Below are positions 59,544 through 64,000 of a stretch of 64,000 nucleotides of DNA, piece by piece. The number at the start of each line of letters is the position of its first letter. Within the stretch, counting starts at the first letter, position 1. Location of the stretch: NCBI GenBank assembly GCA_021815445.1, contig JAKAGM010000001.1:659710-723709 (forward strand), written 5' to 3'. The stretch comes from a bacterium. GTDB lineage: Bacteria; Patescibacteriota; Patescibacteriia; UBA10025. The notes beneath the pieces are model-generated. The model saw nothing but the letters and a program-made list of their open reading frames with translations, was not told where the DNA came from and did no database searches. Made by a program: the position numbers and the translations under genes.

Positions 59544-59572
59544 ATTGTAACACATCTAAAGTAAAAAGTCAA
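59544..59572 (-). promoter_or_regulatory. Promoter for pilT, giving a leader of about 160 nt
   Basis: TTGACT-N17-TACAAT with extended TG. Confidence 0.65.
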
Positions 59573-59647
59573 ACCGGCTCAACGAAAAAGTTGTATAAAT
59601 TGCGTATTGAAAAAAAATAGCTTTTGTGATATACTTGAATCCGTGAG

Positions 59648-60946
59648 ATGAAAAACAAATACTATAGCCTTATCAGCTTAGGTGTCCTGACTGCAGTAGC
59701 GTCGGGCGTGTTTGTGTTCGCCACACCGCATATTGCTCTTGCCGTTTCGGCTCCGACAATCCGCACACCAAAGAACGGCGCAGTGGTTGCTCCCGATACC
59801 AAGATAGTTGTTACGGGATTGGCACAGAATAATTCGACAATTTATTTTATTTTAGATAAAAAAGTTATCGGCGGGACAAAAGTGAAGAACGGCAAGAACA
59901 ATCTTGGCTCGTTTTCCTTCACGATAAAGCAAACGCTTTCCCGGGGCGTGAAACACTCCCTCGAATCTCAGGCGCTCAACAAAGGCGCAAAAAGTCCTTT
60001 TTCTTCACCAATAACGTTTACCTTGCCAAAAACATGGCCGCGGCGGCTGGATGGCGTTATCGTTGATGCTTCAAAGGCGAATGTCCTCCCCGTTGCCGTT
60101 ATGATAGAGAATCTTGCGCAAGTCAGGCCCCAGTCGGGACTTGCCTCGGCTTCAATAGTATACGAGGCTCTCGCCGAAGGAGGGATTCCGAGATTTATGG
60201 CAATCTTTGCGAGAGACGATATGCTGAAAGTCGGGCCTGTACGGTCCACGCGCCCGTATTACGTCGACATTGCAAAAGAATACGGCGGCCCGCTGTTGCA
60301 TGCGGGAGGAAGCCGGGATGCCTTCCAAGAAATCGGCCGCCTGCAAGTACGCAGCATAGACGCGTTGGTAAATAAAACGGCAAAATACTTTTTCCGCACG
60401 GGAACATCCCCGTCGACACATAATCTTTTTACCAATAAAACAAGAATTGCGGCAATCAAAAATGACTTTAAGCTGGAGTCGGTTATAGCGGGTTTTGACC
60501 CCTGGAAATTTAAGGATGACCCGGTGCTGTCCAAGCGGCCCAATGAAAAAAGACAGCTTACCATCGACTTTAAATCGGGGAGAGAGTACATTGTCATGTA
60601 CAAGTATGAGAGGGCGTCTAACAGTTACTTGCGGTTCAATGGAGGCAGGCCCCATCTCGACGCGAATTATCCCAAGGCGACGCAAATCAAAGTGAAAAAC
60701 GTCGTTGTCCAACTTATCGAAAAGGAAAAGGTTCTCGATGCAAAAAAGCATCTTGCCCTCCAGATCACGGGGTCGGGGAAGGGCTGGCTCCTGCAGGACG
60801 GCAAACTCCAACAGATTATCTGGAGGAAAGCAAAGGCAAACAGCCGGACAAAGTTCTATTTCACAAACGGCAAAGAGATTGAATTTGACCGCGGTAACAC
60901 GTGGGTCGAGATAGTGCCAAAAGACCGGCCGGTAACATATAAATAA
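59648..60946 (+). CDS. DUF3048 (YerB-like) exported protein with an N-terminal Ig-like region
   Basis: PVAVMIEN...RPQSGL...EGGIPRF...GPVRSTR...GNTWVEIVP. Confidence 0.88.
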   Translation: MKNKYYSLISLGVLTAVASGVFVFATPHIALAVSAPTIRTPKNGAVVAPDTKIVVTGLAQNNSTIYFILDKKVIGGTKVKNGKNNLGSFSFTIKQTLSRGVKHSLESQALNKGAKSPFSSPITFTLPKTWPRRLDGVIVDASKANVLPVAVMIENLAQVRPQSGLASASIVYEALAEGGIPRFMAIFARDDMLKVGPVRSTRPYYVDIAKEYGGPLLHAGGSRDAFQEIGRLQVRSIDALVNKTAKYFFRTGTSPSTHNLFTNKTRIAAIKNDFKLESVIAGFDPWKFKDDPVLSKRPNEKRQLTIDFKSGREYIVMYKYERASNSYLRFNGGRPHLDANYPKATQIKVKNVVVQLIEKEKVLDAKKHLALQITGSGKGWLLQDGKLQQIIWRKAKANSRTKFYFTNGKEIEFDRGNTWVEIVPKDRPVTYK

Positions 60947-61015
60947 CTCCCCGACAAGAGTCATGCACGAAACTGAGGATTGATCCTCAGTCGTGGTTTT
61001 CGGATATTCTTTGCT

Positions 61016-61193
61016 CGCGGTGCACTGTCCGAACCCCACACCATCAGATGGTGTGGGGTGAGTTTGCACCGCGACGTCTTTTTCCCGCCACCTTTATCTC
61101 AAACCATGGGGGCGGGATCCCGCCTATACGGCGGTGACTTTTCTCTCCACTTTTCTTTGGACGAGCAAAGAAAAGTGGAGCCCCTCCGGAGGA
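61016..61193. repeat. Structured intergenic repeat, copy 2, with a nested 55-nt insert (61083-61137)
   Basis: Aligns to 51546-51675 once the insert is removed. Confidence 0.85.
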
Positions 61194-61320
61194 GATCAGA
61201 AAACTTCCCGACAAGACTTTTTTCTCCTATCAATAGTGCATCTAACTTGTAAAAAATCTTTACACAGTTTATTTACCCGCCTCGTTATTAATTAAATTGA
61301 CAAAATGACTATTTTATGCT

Positions 61321-62070
61321 ATGATGTATACGATGATCAACTGGGAAAACGGCAAAAAAAACGTCAAAGAAAAAGAAGCGAAACGGACTGAGTTTATCTC
61401 CATCGTATCCCACCAACTACGGACGCCTCTTGCTATTGTCCGAGGATACCTCGAAGCGCTTCTCACCGACGACCTCGGCAAATTGACGGACGGACAGCGG
61501 GAATATGTATCTGAAGCGCTGAAAAAGAATAACACGATGATCCATCTTATCAATGACTACCTAAATGCGGCCCAGCTCGACCAGGGAAAGATTGAGATTC
61601 ACGCTGAACCGACGCAATTTGAGGAGCTCGTGGATGAAACAGTGCAGTCGTTAGTCACCTTCGCACAAGCGTCGAACTGCGAGCTTACCTTCGAGAAGCC
61701 GAAAGAGAAGCTCCCCCCGCTGAACATAGACCCGATTAAAATTCAGCAGGTGATCGAGAATGTCATTTCAAACGCCGTCAAATATACAGGCAGGGGCGGA
61801 AAAGTGAAAACGTCACTCATAAAGAAAGAAAATGGCGTTGAGTTTGTCTGCCAAGATACCGGCGTCGGTATTCCGCAACAACAACAGGATGAGATCTTCA
61901 CCCGTTTTTTTCGCGGCCACAATGTCATAGGCAAAGATACCCAGGGGTCAGGGCTCGGACTCTTTATTGCAAAAACGATTATCGACGCGTCTAGCGGGAA
62001 AATTTGGTTTGAATCGGAAGAAGGCAAGGGAACCACTATGCATGTCTTTCTTCCTCTTACAAAAACATAA
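61321..62070 (+). CDS. Histidine kinase without a sensor domain
   Basis: EFISIVSHQLRTPL begins at residue 25; NAVKYT, DTGVGIP, GSGLGL. Confidence 0.9.
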   Translation: MMYTMINWENGKKNVKEKEAKRTEFISIVSHQLRTPLAIVRGYLEALLTDDLGKLTDGQREYVSEALKKNNTMIHLINDYLNAAQLDQGKIEIHAEPTQFEELVDETVQSLVTFAQASNCELTFEKPKEKLPPLNIDPIKIQQVIENVISNAVKYTGRGGKVKTSLIKKENGVEFVCQDTGVGIPQQQQDEIFTRFFRGHNVIGKDTQGSGLGLFIAKTIIDASSGKIWFESEEGKGTTMHVFLPLTKT

Positions 62071-62089
62071 CCACTCTTGAACACGTCCT

Positions 62090-62464
62090 ATGTCCACACA
62101 CAAAAAAATACTGCTGATAGAAGACGATCTGTATCTTTTAAAAATCTACGGTAATAAATTGCGCCTCAATAACTTCGACGTTGCCGTGGCAACAACCGGC
62201 GAAGAAGGTTTGCACAAGGCGGCAGTCGAAAAACCAAATCTGATACTGTTGGACCTCATGCTTCCCGGCATAGACGGGTTTCAAGTACTGGAAGATTTAA
62301 AAAGGAAAAAGGATACCCAAGACATCCCCGTCATCATCTTGTCCAACCTCGGCCAGGAATCAGACATCCACACGGGCAAGAGCCTCGGCGCCAAAGATTA
62401 CCTCGTCAAAGCTAATCTCTCACTGATCCACCTGGTGGATAAAATCAACAAATATCTGGCATAA
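62090..62464 (+). CDS. Single-domain response regulator
   Basis: LIEDD...LLDLMLP...LSNLG...YLVK. Confidence 0.93.
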   Translation: MSTHKKILLIEDDLYLLKIYGNKLRLNNFDVAVATTGEEGLHKAAVEKPNLILLDLMLPGIDGFQVLEDLKRKKDTQDIPVIILSNLGQESDIHTGKSLGAKDYLVKANLSLIHLVDKINKYLA

Positions 62465-62478
62465 AGATTGTTTCACCC

Positions 62479-64000
<1,522 letters not shown>

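Overview
A 64-kb chromosomal segment, most likely from a Patescibacteria/CPR (Parcubacteria-type) genome using code 11. This is inferred from the PrgI/TraC-like/VirB6-like cluster, giant Cys-rich and FG-GAP surface proteins, compact housekeeping genes and enzyme-inserted LeuRS. Positions 1-45.7 kb are mostly minus-strand: T4SS-like cluster with a 2865-aa Cys-rich protein, rsmA, MFS, tsaC, NRAMP plus MgtE-N, leuS, a two-component cluster, comM, lspA, dksA-like, a 1559-aa surface protein, gdh, trxA, a csoR-family gene, udk and three tRNAs. Positions 46-64 kb are mostly plus-strand: bactofilin, infB, rbfA, nrnA, clpP, rny, ymdB, hup, DHS-like, DUF3048, HK/RR and pilB, with pilT and two tRNAs on the minus strand. 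Four parS-like palindromes lie just left of the strand switch. Main observations: (1) an integrase-free GIY-YIG micro-element sits between two copies of the tRNA-Lys leader and 5' half, and two more tRNA fragments lie beside their parent tRNAs; (2) a family of about 55-nt GC-rich double-hairpin inserts is nested inside tRNA fragments and other palindromic repeats; (3) LeuRS carries an intact Nudix domain and an intact alpha/beta-hydrolase as in-frame insertions; (4) a uORF ending in Pro-stop inside a terminator lies upstream of the large surface protein. All calls come from reading motifs; no searches or folding programs were run.
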